Shown here one piece after another: positions 45,963-55,459 of a stretch of 64,000 bases of DNA. Numbering within the stretch: the stretch's first letter is position 1; each line of letters starts with the position of its first letter. The notes beneath the pieces are model-generated. The model made no database searches. It saw nothing but the letters and a program-made list of their open reading frames with translations, and was not told where the DNA came from. Source of the stretch: an uncultured Alphaproteobacteria bacterium (lineage in GTDB: Bacteria > Pseudomonadota > Alphaproteobacteria > CACIAM-22H2); the NCBI GenBank assembly GCA_963748455.1, contig CAVVJD010000014.1, positions 445,993 through 509,992 on the forward strand, written 5' to 3'. The position numbers and the translations under genes were made by a program.

Positions 45963-48455
45963 ATGCGCAAGACTTTCTTCTATGCCGGCGTGTTCCTCAC
46001 ATGCCTGGCGACATTGATGCTGCAGATCATCGAGACGCGCCTGCTCTCGGTGACCGCGCATTATCATCTCGCCTTCTTCTCGATCAGCATGGCAATGTTC
46101 GGCATGACGGCCGGTGCCGTCTGGGTTTACTACAACAGTGCGCGCATCACCGCTGAAACTCTAGCGTCCACCCTGACCAAATTCGGGTCCGCTTTTGCCC
46201 TTGGCACCGTCGCCTCGGTCCTGCTGCAAGTCACGCACGCCCCGGTCCTGGTTCTGTCCGCCACCACGATCCTGACCTGGGCCGAACTCGCCATCGTCAT
46301 GGCGACGCCGTTTTTCTTCTCGGGCGTGGTTGTCAGCATCGCCCTGACGCGCAGTCCCTTCCCCGTAAATCAGATCTACGCCGTCGACCTGATCGGTGCC
46401 TCGCTCGGATGTCTGGGCGTGCTCGCTCTCCTGGATGTCCTCGATGCCGTTTCCAGCATTTTCGCGGTTGCGGCCGTCGGCGCCGCGGCGGCGGGCTGCT
46501 TTGCCGCGTCCGCGGCCCGGCCTGCACGACGCAATTCCCGGCTTCTGGATCGCGTCCTGTTCCGCCCGTGGACGATCTGCGCGGTGCTGATCGCAATGGC
46601 CGTGGCGAATGGCGCCACGATCCGGGGTATCCAGCCGATCGTCGTCAAGAACACGGTCGACCGCCGCGAGAACCTGTCGTTCGAGCAATGGAACTCCTAT
46701 TCCAGAATCATCTCGCGAAAGCCGTATGTCGACGAGCCGCTGCTGTGGGGCCCCTCACCGACAATGCCGGCGGATTTGAAGGTCGAGCAACGCCGCCTCA
46801 ACATCGATGGCGACGCCGCGACGAGCATGTTCCGGTTCAATGGCGATGTCGCCAGCGCCCGGTTCCTGGCCCATGACGTGACAAACCTCGCCTACGCCAT
46901 CCGCAATTCGGGACGCGCCGCGATCATCGGCGTCGGCGGCGGCCGCGACATGTTGTCGGCCTGGATGTTCGGCTTTCGCGACATCACGGGCGTCGAGCTC
47001 AATCCCATATTCATCGATCTCCTTACGACTCATCCGAATTTTCGGAACTTCGCCGGCCTCGCGTCGCTGCCGGGTTTGCGTTTCATCGTTGACGAGGCTC
47101 GCAGCTGGTTCGCGCGATCGACCGACAGTTTCGATCTCATCCAGATGAGCATGATCGATACGTTCGCGGCGACCGGTGCCGGCGCGTTCTCGCTCTCCGA
47201 GAACGGGCTTTATACGATCGAAGGATGGCAGCATTTCCTGAACCGTCTTGCGCCGAACGGCGTGTTCACGGTCAGCCGATGGTATTCCGCAGGTGAGGTC
47301 AATGAGACCGGCCGGATGATCAGCCTCGCGGTCCGCACGCTGTTGGACAACGGCGTGCACGACCCGTCACGCCACATCTTTCTCGGCGCGACCGGAAATC
47401 TTGCGACGCTGGTGCTGTCACGCACCCCACTCACCGCTGCCGAGATTGCAGCATTGCACAAGACTTCGAGCGATCGGGAGTTTCAGATCCTGCTCAGTCC
47501 CGGACGTCCGGCAGCGTCGCCGCTTCTGGCGTCCATCACCGCCGCGAAGAGTCCTGCGGAACTCGCGCGCGCGACGTCGGGGTATCTCCTCGATCTCAGT
47601 CCACCCACCGACGACCGCCCGTTCTTTTTCAATCAACTGCCGCTGACACGGGCCCACATGGCTCTCAACGTGCAGAGTTTCGAGAAGCCCGGCGTTCTGA
47701 GCGGCAACATCATCGCGTCGGCGACGCTGCTGCTGATCGTCGTCCTGGCGTCGATCCTGGTGCTGGCGACGATCGTGATCCCGATGCGGCCGGCGATCCG
47801 GCAATCCGATGCGCGCCTGATCGCCGCCGGCACGGTTTATTTCGTCCTGATCGGCCTCGGCTTCATGTTTGTCGAGATCGGGTTGTTGCAGCGGCTCTCG
47901 GTCTTTCTCGGCCACCCGATCTATTCGCTCAGCATCGTGCTGTTCAGCATCATTCTCTTTACCGGCCTCGGCAGCTTCGCCTCCGCGCGCCTTGCCCTTG
48001 ACCAGTCCGGCCGGTTTGCGGCCTGGGCGATCGGGCTCGCGGCCTATGTCTTTGTCCTGCCGATCATGCTGCCGGCGTTCATCGAGTCCTTCGCGGGGGC
48101 CGACACATTTCAGCGCGCGATCGTCGCTATCGGCCTGATCGCGCCCGGTGCCATCCTGATGGGGTTCGGCTTTCCCGCGGGCATGCGTCTGGTCATGCAG
48201 ATCGATGCCCGCCCCGCGCCATGGTTCTGGGGCATGAACGGGGCCGCGGGCGTGCTGGGCTCGGCCATCGCGGTCGCCATCAGCATCTCATTCGGAATCG
48301 ATACGACGCTTCGCCTGGGTGCGTTGTGCTACCTGGGGCTGCATCCCCGCCGCCTATCTGCTCGTCGGCGAGCGCCGGGCACAGATCGAAGCCGCCATCC
48401 TGCCGCCATCGGTGACGGCTACCGATTGACCACCATGCGATTGTCCGAGGCGTAG
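45963..48455 (+). CDS. Membrane-embedded spermidine/spermine-synthase-like fusion protein (N-terminal multi-TM, central aminopropyltransferase-like SAM fold, C-terminal multi-TM). Possible frameshift in the last about 35 codons.
   Basis: About 7 N-terminal TM helices. SAM-fold motifs AIIGVGGGRDM and DLIQMSMIDTFAATGAG. About 7 C-terminal TM helices. An alternative frame near 48345 gives a hydrophobic tail ...GLIPAAYLLVGERRAQIEAAILPPSVTATD*. Confidence 0.7.
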   Translation: MRKTFFYAGVFLTCLATLMLQIIETRLLSVTAHYHLAFFSISMAMFGMTAGAVWVYYNSARITAETLASTLTKFGSAFALGTVASVLLQVTHAPVLVLSATTILTWAELAIVMATPFFFSGVVVSIALTRSPFPVNQIYAVDLIGASLGCLGVLALLDVLDAVSSIFAVAAVGAAAAGCFAASAARPARRNSRLLDRVLFRPWTICAVLIAMAVANGATIRGIQPIVVKNTVDRRENLSFEQWNSYSRIISRKPYVDEPLLWGPSPTMPADLKVEQRRLNIDGDAATSMFRFNGDVASARFLAHDVTNLAYAIRNSGRAAIIGVGGGRDMLSAWMFGFRDITGVELNPIFIDLLTTHPNFRNFAGLASLPGLRFIVDEARSWFARSTDSFDLIQMSMIDTFAATGAGAFSLSENGLYTIEGWQHFLNRLAPNGVFTVSRWYSAGEVNETGRMISLAVRTLLDNGVHDPSRHIFLGATGNLATLVLSRTPLTAAEIAALHKTSSDREFQILLSPGRPAASPLLASITAAKSPAELARATSGYLLDLSPPTDDRPFFFNQLPLTRAHMALNVQSFEKPGVLSGNIIASATLLLIVVLASILVLATIVIPMRPAIRQSDARLIAAGTVYFVLIGLGFMFVEIGLLQRLSVFLGHPIYSLSIVLFSIILFTGLGSFASARLALDQSGRFAAWAIGLAAYVFVLPIMLPAFIESFAGADTFQRAIVAIGLIAPGAILMGFGFPAGMRLVMQIDARPAPWFWGMNGAAGVLGSAIAVAISISFGIDTTLRLGALCYLGLHPRRLSARRRAPGTDRSRHPAAIGDGYRLTTMRLSEA

Positions 48456-48545
48456 CGATTCAGGCCGCGATCGAAGACGAAAATCGCCAGCGCGCCATAG
48501 ACCAGCGCCGCGGCCATCACGGCCATCGCCTTGAATACGACCCAA
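48419..48545 (-). pseudogene. Remnant: diverged 3' end (last about 35-40 codons) of an ABC-2 permease gene, paralogous to the 3' end of 50509..52092.
   Basis: Encodes ...AMAVMAAALVYGALAIFVFDRGLNRYASDNRMVVNR*, versus ...FAAVIAAACIYGALAVFIFERGLRHYASGNRMVVNR*. About 78% nucleotide identity over about 125 bp, none beyond. Confidence 0.75.
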
Positions 48546-48618
48546 GGTGCCGCTGGCGGCGAGTGCCGCGGGCTGACAGGCCAAAGATCGTAAAGGGAGT
48601 CACACCGAGTCTTCGCCA

Positions 48619-49262
48619 TCAATAGGCAAGGCGACCATAGAGCTCCTCGAACGGAACCATCACGTGCTGTTGATAGGCGCGACGATCCTGGAGGCGCTGA
48701 TACCAGGCCTTCACGTTGGGAACCGACGGGCGCTCAATCTCAAGATTGAAATAGCGATAGAGACAGGTTCCGGCCGGAATGTCGGCCAGCGTCAGGGCGT
48801 TGCCGAGGAGGAAATCGCGCCCCGCGAGCTGACGATCGAGCAATGTGAAATGCCGCGCGCAGAGATCGATCTTCTTGCGCACTGCCGCCGTGTCGCGCTG
48901 CCGCGCCGGGGTGCAATAGAAGCCCCAGAAAACGCCCATCAGGAAATCGGGCTGCAGCGTGGTGTGCGCCCAATCCATCCAGCGATCCGATTGCGAGCGT
49001 TCGGCCGGCGCATCCTGCCAAAATGCGCCCCGCCTATAGTGAGCCGCCAGATATCGCAAGATTGCGTGCGATTCCCAGACGACCGTGCCGTGATCGTCGA
49101 TCACCGGCACCTTGCCGTGCGGGTTCATGGCGCGAAATTCGGCGCGTCCAGGCCACCGAAGGAACCGCCGGCCTCGATATGCCGGTGCTCGAGCCCAAGC
49201 TCGTCGACCATCCACATGACCTTCTGCACATTGAATGAGCTGCGCCGCCCCCAGATCGTCAG
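48619..49262 (-). pseudogene. Glutathione S-transferase, frameshift near 49140.
   Basis: N-terminus MLTIWGRRSSFNVQKVMWMVDELGLEHRHIEAGGSFGGLDAPNF is in one frame. The continuation MNPHGKVPVIDDHGTVVWESHAILRYLA... (ORF 48619..49353) is in another. Confidence 0.7.
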
Positions 49263-49294
49263 CATTCAATACCCCTCTCGCATGCACGCGTCGG

Positions 49295-49891
49295 TCAGCA
49301 GGTCGGAAAACCGAGATGCGCGCGGAGCCGGTTCTTGACATGCACCGCATCACGCGGCGGCAACGAGCGCGGCGGATTCTCCGCCTTTATCTTCAGGACA
49401 AAGAGTCGCGGACCCACGGCGGGCTGGCGCAGAACATCGCAAAGCGCGTCGACCTCCGCGAGGGTGCGGACAATGCCGGCCTCGGCGAAACCGCAAGACG
49501 CGGCGACAGCGGCGAAATCGAGGCCCTTCGCCGTGTGGCTTGCCTGCATTCCGGTTTCACCGAAATGCTCGTTGTCGAGGATGATCAGAGCAAGGTTCTT
49601 TGGCTTTGCAGCCGAAATCGTGGCCAGGCTGCCGAAGGCCATGAGCTGCTCCCCGTCGCCGGTGATGACCATGACGCGGCGCTTGGGCTGAGCCTGCGCA
49701 AGGCCAAGCCCGACGAGTGCGGCCGCGCCCATGGCACCCCATAGGTAGTAATTGTCGTCACGATCACCGGCGGCATGGACATCGTAGCTTGGCGATCCAA
49801 GACCGGTGACAACCAGAGCCTGATCGCGGCCGGCCAAGAGCGTGCGGACAGCATCGCGACGATCCATCGTAATCGGGGCTTGAACGTTCAT
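49295..49891 (-). CDS. comE: Sulfopyruvate/phosphonopyruvate decarboxylase-like TPP enzyme, beta subunit (ComE-like).
   Basis: TPP-binding motif GDGEQLMAFGSLATI...ILDNEHFGETG (GDG-X24-NN-like). Confidence 0.7.
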   Translation of the reverse strand: MNVQAPITMDRRDAVRTLLAGRDQALVVTGLGSPSYDVHAAGDRDDNYYLWGAMGAAALVGLGLAQAQPKRRVMVITGDGEQLMAFGSLATISAAKPKNLALIILDNEHFGETGMQASHTAKGLDFAAVAASCGFAEAGIVRTLAEVDALCDVLRQPAVGPRLFVLKIKAENPPRSLPPRDAVHVKNRLRAHLGFPTC

Positions 49892-49895
49892 GATG

Positions 49896-50477
49896 TCACC
49901 ACTTCTTCTCGCCAAGCAGGCGCTGGCCGATCAGCACCGCGATCTGCTGCTCCGCCTCGTAAGCCTGCGTTGCCGCCGACGCGACGGTTGCGATCAAATC
50001 CTCTGCCGTCTCGGCACGCATCACCCGCAGGCCGATCGCTTCGAGCGACGGCTGTGTCGCCCGGCTCATCGGCATCTGCCAGGGATTGAACTCCGCCCAC
50101 TCCCCGCGCATCGTGACCAGGATCAGCAAGGGGAACCGCGCCAGCACCGGCAGCGATAGCATATTGATGCAGTTGCCCACACCGCTCGACTGCATGAGCA
50201 GCACGCTGCGCTGCCCGCCGAGCCAGGCGCCCGCCGCAATCGCCACGCCCTCCTCCTCCGTCGTCAGCACGTTCGAAACGACGTCGAGATCCGCCAGGAA
50301 CAGATTGATCAGGGCCGAATGGCCTGCGTCCGGGACATAGGCCATGTGCTGAACGCGCGCGGCCTTCAGCAGCCTATAAAGCTCGGTCGGCCATTCACTC
50401 GTGGTTTCGGCTCCGGCATGAGCCACGGGATGCTGGTCGGCACCGGCCACGGTCACCCTCCTCTGGGTCGATTGCAC
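49896..50477 (-). CDS. comD: Sulfopyruvate/phosphonopyruvate decarboxylase-like TPP enzyme, alpha subunit (ComD-like).
   Basis: TPP pyrimidine-binding domain (YVPDAGHSALINLF...TTEEEGVAIAAGAWLGGQRSVLLMQSSGVGN). Sits 4 nt upstream of the beta subunit. Confidence 0.7.
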   Translation of the reverse strand: MQSTQRRVTVAGADQHPVAHAGAETTSEWPTELYRLLKAARVQHMAYVPDAGHSALINLFLADLDVVSNVLTTEEEGVAIAAGAWLGGQRSVLLMQSSGVGNCINMLSLPVLARFPLLILVTMRGEWAEFNPWQMPMSRATQPSLEAIGLRVMRAETAEDLIATVASAATQAYEAEQQIAVLIGQRLLGEKKW

Positions 50478-50508
50478 TGCCTCAACGACTATAACAGATC
50501 AGTCCGTT

Positions 50509-52092
50509 CTATCGATTGACGACCATCCGGTTGCCTGATGCGTAGTGGCGCAGTCCACGCTCGAAGATGAAGACCGCAAGCGCGCCATAGATGCAAGCTG
50601 CCGCAATCACAGCAGCGAACTTGCCAGGATCAGACTCGCGTATGGCCTCAACGGGCACCTGTGAGATGAACGCGACCGGCAACAGCGTGAACAGCAGGAT
50701 GCGCATGCCGGCCCCGAAGACGTGCTGGGGATAGACCGAGATCATCAGCACGACATTGACCAGCTCCTCGCCCAGGCGCACGGCGCGCGGCCACCAGAAG
50801 ACCAGGCACTGGCCCATCACGAAGGTGGCCAGCATCACGATGCCGCCAGCGGTGGCGAGCGCGATCAGCAGCGGCAGATCGGCAACGCTGCGCCCGCCCA
50901 GCACCAGCCACATCACGGGCGCACTGGCGAGATCGCCGAAGCCCGATGGGATCGAGCGCGACAGCAGCAGGCTGGGCAGCGGATGACGTGGCCGGCCGAG
51001 ATGGACATCGAGCCCGCCATCGGCGATGGCGCGGCCCATGTCGCGGAAGCCGCCGGCCATCGTCACGCTCAGGCCGAACGCCCAGGCCGCCATGCCGTAG
51101 AGCAGCGCGACATCCTGCTGCTGCCAGCCGGCCAACTCGCGAAAGCGCGCGAAATAGATCATCCAGATGATGAAGAAGACGAGGTTGTTGGCGAACATCA
51201 GGACGACGGAAACCAGCGCCTCGCCGCGCCGCGCGAAACCGGCCTTGATGTTGGTTGCCAACAGGGCGCCGAGATAGGTCAGCATGGCTGAGACTTCGTC
51301 GCGCACGAAACGGCGTGTCGCCGCGGCCGCAAGCAACGCCACGGCGATACCGACGATCGCCAGCCAGAAGACCTGCCAGGCGAAGACGCGCGCAATCGCG
51401 TGCGCGCTTGAGTCAAAGACCAGGCTCGCCGGGTGGAACATGATGGCGGCGAATGGCGACACCTCGCCGATGGCGCGGATGGCCGGCGGATAGAGGGTGA
51501 GCGGGATCAGCAGCCCGCCGAAGATGAACGCCAGCTTCTGCCAGACCCAGAAGAACGGTGCGGGCGTGCTGAGCCAGGCGGTCAGCAAGCCGGTGCCGAG
51601 CTGGAGCAGCAGCATGAGCACGGCGCCGACCGCCACGGTCAGCACCAGGACCGGCACCGTCACGAGGGCAAACGGCACCGTTCCCGTCGCCAGCGCGGTG
51701 ACGAGCGCGCCGATGGCACCCAGGGTCAGCAGGCGATAGGCGCCGCCGCCCAGCCACTCGGCGAAGACCGCCAGCGCATAGGGCAGCGGGCGCGTGAGGG
51801 AAGCTTCGACGGCGCCGGAGCGGATCTCGTCTTCCACTTCGCGGAAGGCGTGGCCGCCGATGAACACCACCCATTCCGTCACCATCACGTACCAGGCGAT
51901 GCTGGCTGCGTCGTAACCGGGCAGATCGACCAGACCCAGCGGTGTTGCCGCCCAGACCGCGACGAAGACGAGGACGGGCACAACGAACAGCAAAGCCCGC
52001 GCCGCCATGCCGACGCGATCGGCAGCGGCCTCGCGCCAGCCCAAGCGCGCGAAGGCGCCGAGAGCGGCGACGATGCGCGCGACTTCGCTCAT
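50509..52092 (-). CDS. ABC-2-type exporter permease (two fused ABC-2 membrane domains).
   Basis: 527 aa, about 12 TM helices, with duplicated ABC-2 family architecture. Translationally coupled (overlap) with the upstream ATPase. Confidence 0.75.
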   Translation of the reverse strand: MSEVARIVAALGAFARLGWREAAADRVGMAARALLFVVPVLVFVAVWAATPLGLVDLPGYDAASIAWYVMVTEWVVFIGGHAFREVEDEIRSGAVEASLTRPLPYALAVFAEWLGGGAYRLLTLGAIGALVTALATGTVPFALVTVPVLVLTVAVGAVLMLLLQLGTGLLTAWLSTPAPFFWVWQKLAFIFGGLLIPLTLYPPAIRAIGEVSPFAAIMFHPASLVFDSSAHAIARVFAWQVFWLAIVGIAVALLAAAATRRFVRDEVSAMLTYLGALLATNIKAGFARRGEALVSVVLMFANNLVFFIIWMIYFARFRELAGWQQQDVALLYGMAAWAFGLSVTMAGGFRDMGRAIADGGLDVHLGRPRHPLPSLLLSRSIPSGFGDLASAPVMWLVLGGRSVADLPLLIALATAGGIVMLATFVMGQCLVFWWPRAVRLGEELVNVVLMISVYPQHVFGAGMRILLFTLLPVAFISQVPVEAIRESDPGKFAAVIAAACIYGALAVFIFERGLRHYASGNRMVVNR

Positions 52093-53066
52093 GACGGCAC
52101 CGCGGCGGTGCGATAGATCGCGCGGATGATGTCGTCGAGCGGCGGGTTCTCGATGGCGAGATCGCGCACGGCGAAGCGGTCCAGTGCTGCGGCCACGACG
52201 CGCTCGACCGGCGTCACGTCCAGATCGACGGCGAAACTGACGCGATGCGGTTCGCGGCTGGCGACGGTGACGCCAGCAAGGTCGAGGACGGGCTGCTCTT
52301 CCTCGGTCATCAGCGTCAGCACGCGCTGGCGCAGATGTTGCGCGCGCAAGGCCGCCAAGGGCTGATCCATCAGCAGGCTGCCGCGGTCAATGACGATGGC
52401 ACGCTCGCAGATGCGCTCGATGTCGCCGGTGTCGTGCGAAGTGAGCAGGATGGTCGTGCCCTCCTCCGCCGACAGCGCCATCAGGTGATCGCGCAGGCTC
52501 GCCTTGGCCGACACGTCGAGGCCGATGGTCGGCTCGTCGAGCAGAAGGATCGGCGGCGCGTGCAGCAGCGACGCCGCAATCTCGCAGCGCAGGCGCTGGC
52601 CCAGCGAGAGCTGCGCCACCGGCCGGTCGAGCAGATCCGCAATCGCGAACTTGGCGGCGAGCAGTTCCAACCGCGAAGCGGCGGCCGCGCGATCGAGGCC
52701 GTAGATGCGCGCGATCAGGCGCAGGCTGTCGCGCACCGGCAGATGATACCAAAGCTGCGAGCGCTGCCCGAACAGGATGCCGATGTGGTGCGCGAGAGCG
52801 CGGCGCTGGCGCCACGGCACCAGACCCGCCACCTCGGCATGGCCCGAACTGGGTGTCAGGATGCCGGTCAGCATCTTGAGGGTGGTCGATTTGCCCGCAC
52901 CGTTGGGCCCGATGAAGGCCACGCGCTCGCCTGCCCGAATGGCGAAGGAAATGCCGCGCACCGCGGCGACCTCGGTCGGCGGCGATGAGCGGAAAAGCCC
53001 GCGAAGCCCCCGACGGCCGCGCAGCCGGAAGCTCTTGCTCAGGTTTTCGACCTTGATTGCAGCCAT
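52089..53066 (-). CDS. ABC transporter ATP-binding protein (ABC-2 / DrrA-like exporter ATPase).
   Basis: Walker A GPNGAGKST, signature LSLGQRLR, Walker B ILLLDEP, H-loop TSHD. Confidence 0.85.
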   Translation of the reverse strand: MAAIKVENLSKSFRLRGRRGLRGLFRSSPPTEVAAVRGISFAIRAGERVAFIGPNGAGKSTTLKMLTGILTPSSGHAEVAGLVPWRQRRALAHHIGILFGQRSQLWYHLPVRDSLRLIARIYGLDRAAAASRLELLAAKFAIADLLDRPVAQLSLGQRLRCEIAASLLHAPPILLLDEPTIGLDVSAKASLRDHLMALSAEEGTTILLTSHDTGDIERICERAIVIDRGSLLMDQPLAALRAQHLRQRVLTLMTEEEQPVLDLAGVTVASREPHRVSFAVDLDVTPVERVVAAALDRFAVRDLAIENPPLDDIIRAIYRTAAVPS

Positions 53067-53283
53067 AGCCCTGCCCCCAAATGCCAAGGGCCCCGAACCG
53101 TCGCCGGTCGGGGCCCCTGGGATCGCACACGATGTCGGACCTGCTCTCAGCCCACGACGTCTCCCAGGAGCCCGCGCGAAGCGGCTGCCATAAGCGTGAC
53201 GGCGTAAAGCGGATTGCGGCGCGACATGGCGTTATGCGTAACCGAAGTTGCGGGGCGCTGTCAATTGCAGGGCGTCGTACGGG

Positions 53284-53520
53284 CTACAAGATGCAATCGT
53301 AGATCGCGTCGCGGTCGCCCGAATTGGAATTGCTCGCATTGCGAAAGCGGGCGCGACGATTATATCGGGCGCACTCGTCCGCCGCCTTGCGCGCGGCCGC
53401 GTCTTCCTGACCGTCGAAATAACGCACCGTCACCACGTCCACGGTGCTGCTCCGCACGTCAGGCTCGCGCTGGCATGCCGCCAGAAGGACGAGCGCACTC
53501 AGGGCCAAAAATTTTTTCAT
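53284..53520 (-). CDS. Small lipoprotein of unknown function.
   Basis: MKKFLALSALVLLAACQ has the lipobox LLAAC. 78 aa. Confidence 0.5.
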   Translation of the reverse strand: MKKFLALSALVLLAACQREPDVRSSTVDVVTVRYFDGQEDAAARKAADECARYNRRARFRNASNSNSGDRDAIYDCIL

Positions 53521-53685
53521 GATTTGCGTTCTCCCATGCGAGGGCAAAAGCGGGCGTGGGCCCGCTTTATGATCTGCACAGTGGAACGTCGGGAGGACAA
53601 ACCGGTTCCGCGACCCGAATCAGCTCCGACGTGTACGGAGCAATTGCGTCTCCGGCGGTCCGATATATAAAGTTGTGCAACCGCG

Positions 53686-54033
53686 TTGGCCTACGCGACG
53701 ATCGCGCAGACGCGCCTGACGTTGTGGGGCGACGCGTCGCTGTCGATCGGCGCGCTGGTTGCCCTGGCCGTGCTGGCGATCGGGATTTTCCTGGTGCACG
53801 GCACCGCGTTCGGACGCACGGTGTATGCGATCGGCGGCACACTACTCACCGGCGGTGTCGGCTATGTCGCCCGCACGCTATTCGGGGTGCTTATCCTGGG
53901 CACCATCCAGACGCTGATCAATTTCGACGGGTCGCTCAGCTCGTGGTGGACGCGGATTGTCATCGGCGCCTTGCTGTTCGCCTTCTGCCTGTTACAACGG
54001 GTGTTCGAGGCCGGGCGCGGCCGCGCGCCATAA
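53686..54033 (+). pseudogene. Remnant: C-terminal about 100 aa of a sugar (ribose/xylose-type) ABC transporter permease.
   Basis: TVYAIGGTLLTGGVGYVARTLFGVLILGTIQTLINFDGSLSSWWTRIVIGALLFAFCLLQR resembles the conserved C-terminus of RbsC/XylH-type permeases (…AIGGN…A…SGI…). No N-terminal 200 aa present. Confidence 0.5.
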
Positions 54034-54083
54034 GGGCGCGGGGCGCCCCTGGCCTCGTCGAGCCCGCAGCAACAAAAGGGGTC

Positions 54084-54407
54084 TCACCCCTGCTTCATGA
54101 GCTGTTCTTTGGCGAGCGTCAGCAGGCGGTCCATTTCCTTGCGGATATCGCCCGCGGAAATCGCCACTTTCTTGGCCGTCAGGTCGGCGAGCACCTTCTC
54201 GGCGACATCCTCATCGCCCGGGCGGTTGAAATCCGCCGACACGACTTCCTTGGCATAATCCGCCGCCGCTTGGCCGGTGAGGCCCATCTTAGCGGCCGCC
54301 CATTCGCCGAGCAGGCGGTTGCGCCGCGCCGTCACCTTGAACTGCAGCTCGTTGTCGCGCTTGTATTTAGCTTCGAAAGCTTTCTCGCGTTCGTCAAAAG
54401 TCGTCAT
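54084..54407 (-). CDS. F1Fo-ATPase inhibitor zeta subunit (DUF1476).
   Basis: MTTFDEREKAFEAKYKRDNELQFKVTARRNRLLGEWAAAKMGLTG...SADFNRPGDEDV closely parallels the Paracoccus zeta subunit (MTTFDDRERAHEAKF...ARRNRLLGEWAA). Confidence 0.8.
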   Translation of the reverse strand: MTTFDEREKAFEAKYKRDNELQFKVTARRNRLLGEWAAAKMGLTGQAAADYAKEVVSADFNRPGDEDVAEKVLADLTAKKVAISAGDIRKEMDRLLTLAKEQLMKQG

Positions 54408-54547
54408 TCGGTCGCATTCTCCTCAGCAGTCGGCGCATGGCAGATGTGCTGCCGCGCTGCTTATATAGTCCCTCCGGAATAAAGTACAAAGGCTCGCCGA
54501 ACCGTCCCTCCCCCCCGTTTCAGCCCCCGACAAGCAAGCCGCCGTCC

Positions 54548-55304
54548 ATGTGCACTGTCATCGTCCTGCGCCGTCCCGACCATGCTTGGCCCCTGCTGTT
54601 TGCGGCCAATCGCGATGAAATGGCCGACCGACCGTGGAAGCCGCCGGGACGGCATTGGCCCGATCGCAAGGAGGTGACCGGCGGTCAGGACGAGCTCGCG
54701 GGCGGATCATGGCTGGGGCTCAACGACGATGGCGTCCTGGTGGGGGTGCTGAACCGGCCCGGAACACTGGGGCCGATCCCGGGCCTGCGCTCGCGTGGCG
54801 AGCTGGTGCTGGAAGCGCTGGATCATGCCGATGCGATTGCCGCCGTCGCGGCGATGCGCGACCTCGATTCTCGCGCCTATCGGGCCTTCAACCTTGTTAT
54901 TGCCGATAACCGCGATGCCTTCTGGATCCGTTCCTTGGGCCGCGCCGGCCCGATCCGCCCGACCGTCGCCGAAATCCCGACCGGGTTGTCGATGATCACG
55001 GCCCATGACCGCGACGACCCGGAATCCCGCCCGGATCCGCTTCCATCGCCCCCGTTTTGCCGCTGCCAAGACCCCCGACCCCGACAAGGGCGACTGGGCC
55101 GCCTGGGAGAAGCTGATGGCCAGCCGCGAGAGCGAGCCTGGGGCCGGCCCGCACGGGGCCATGACGATCGTCACGGAGACCGGCTTCGTCACCACCAACT
55201 CGTCGCTGATCGCCCTTCCGAGCCCCGGCAGCGGCCGCAAGCCGCTCTGGCGCTTCGGCAGCGGCCACCCGGATTCGATCCGCTATGAGCCGGTAAGTCT
55301 TTGA
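54548..55304 (+). pseudogene. NRDE-family (DUF833/TANGO2-like) protein, frameshift near 55025.
   Basis: MCTVIVLRRPDHAWPLLFAANRDE... has the NRDE motif in the frame of 54437..55288. The C-terminal part (RIRFHRPRFAAAKTPDPDKGDWAAWEKLMAS...) is in frame 55005..55304. Confidence 0.65.
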
Positions 55305-55459
55305 TCTGACAAATATCGGCCGCTGGATTGCAGGACCGGACCTGAACCGGTATATAGGCGGGAAAATCGGAGTGGTTCTCATGCGCGCCTCGCCGGGGCG
55401 TGCCCGCTTCCCTTTGCGGCTCCTCCCTGCCGCGCCTCCCCCAGTCCCGGTGAATTGAC

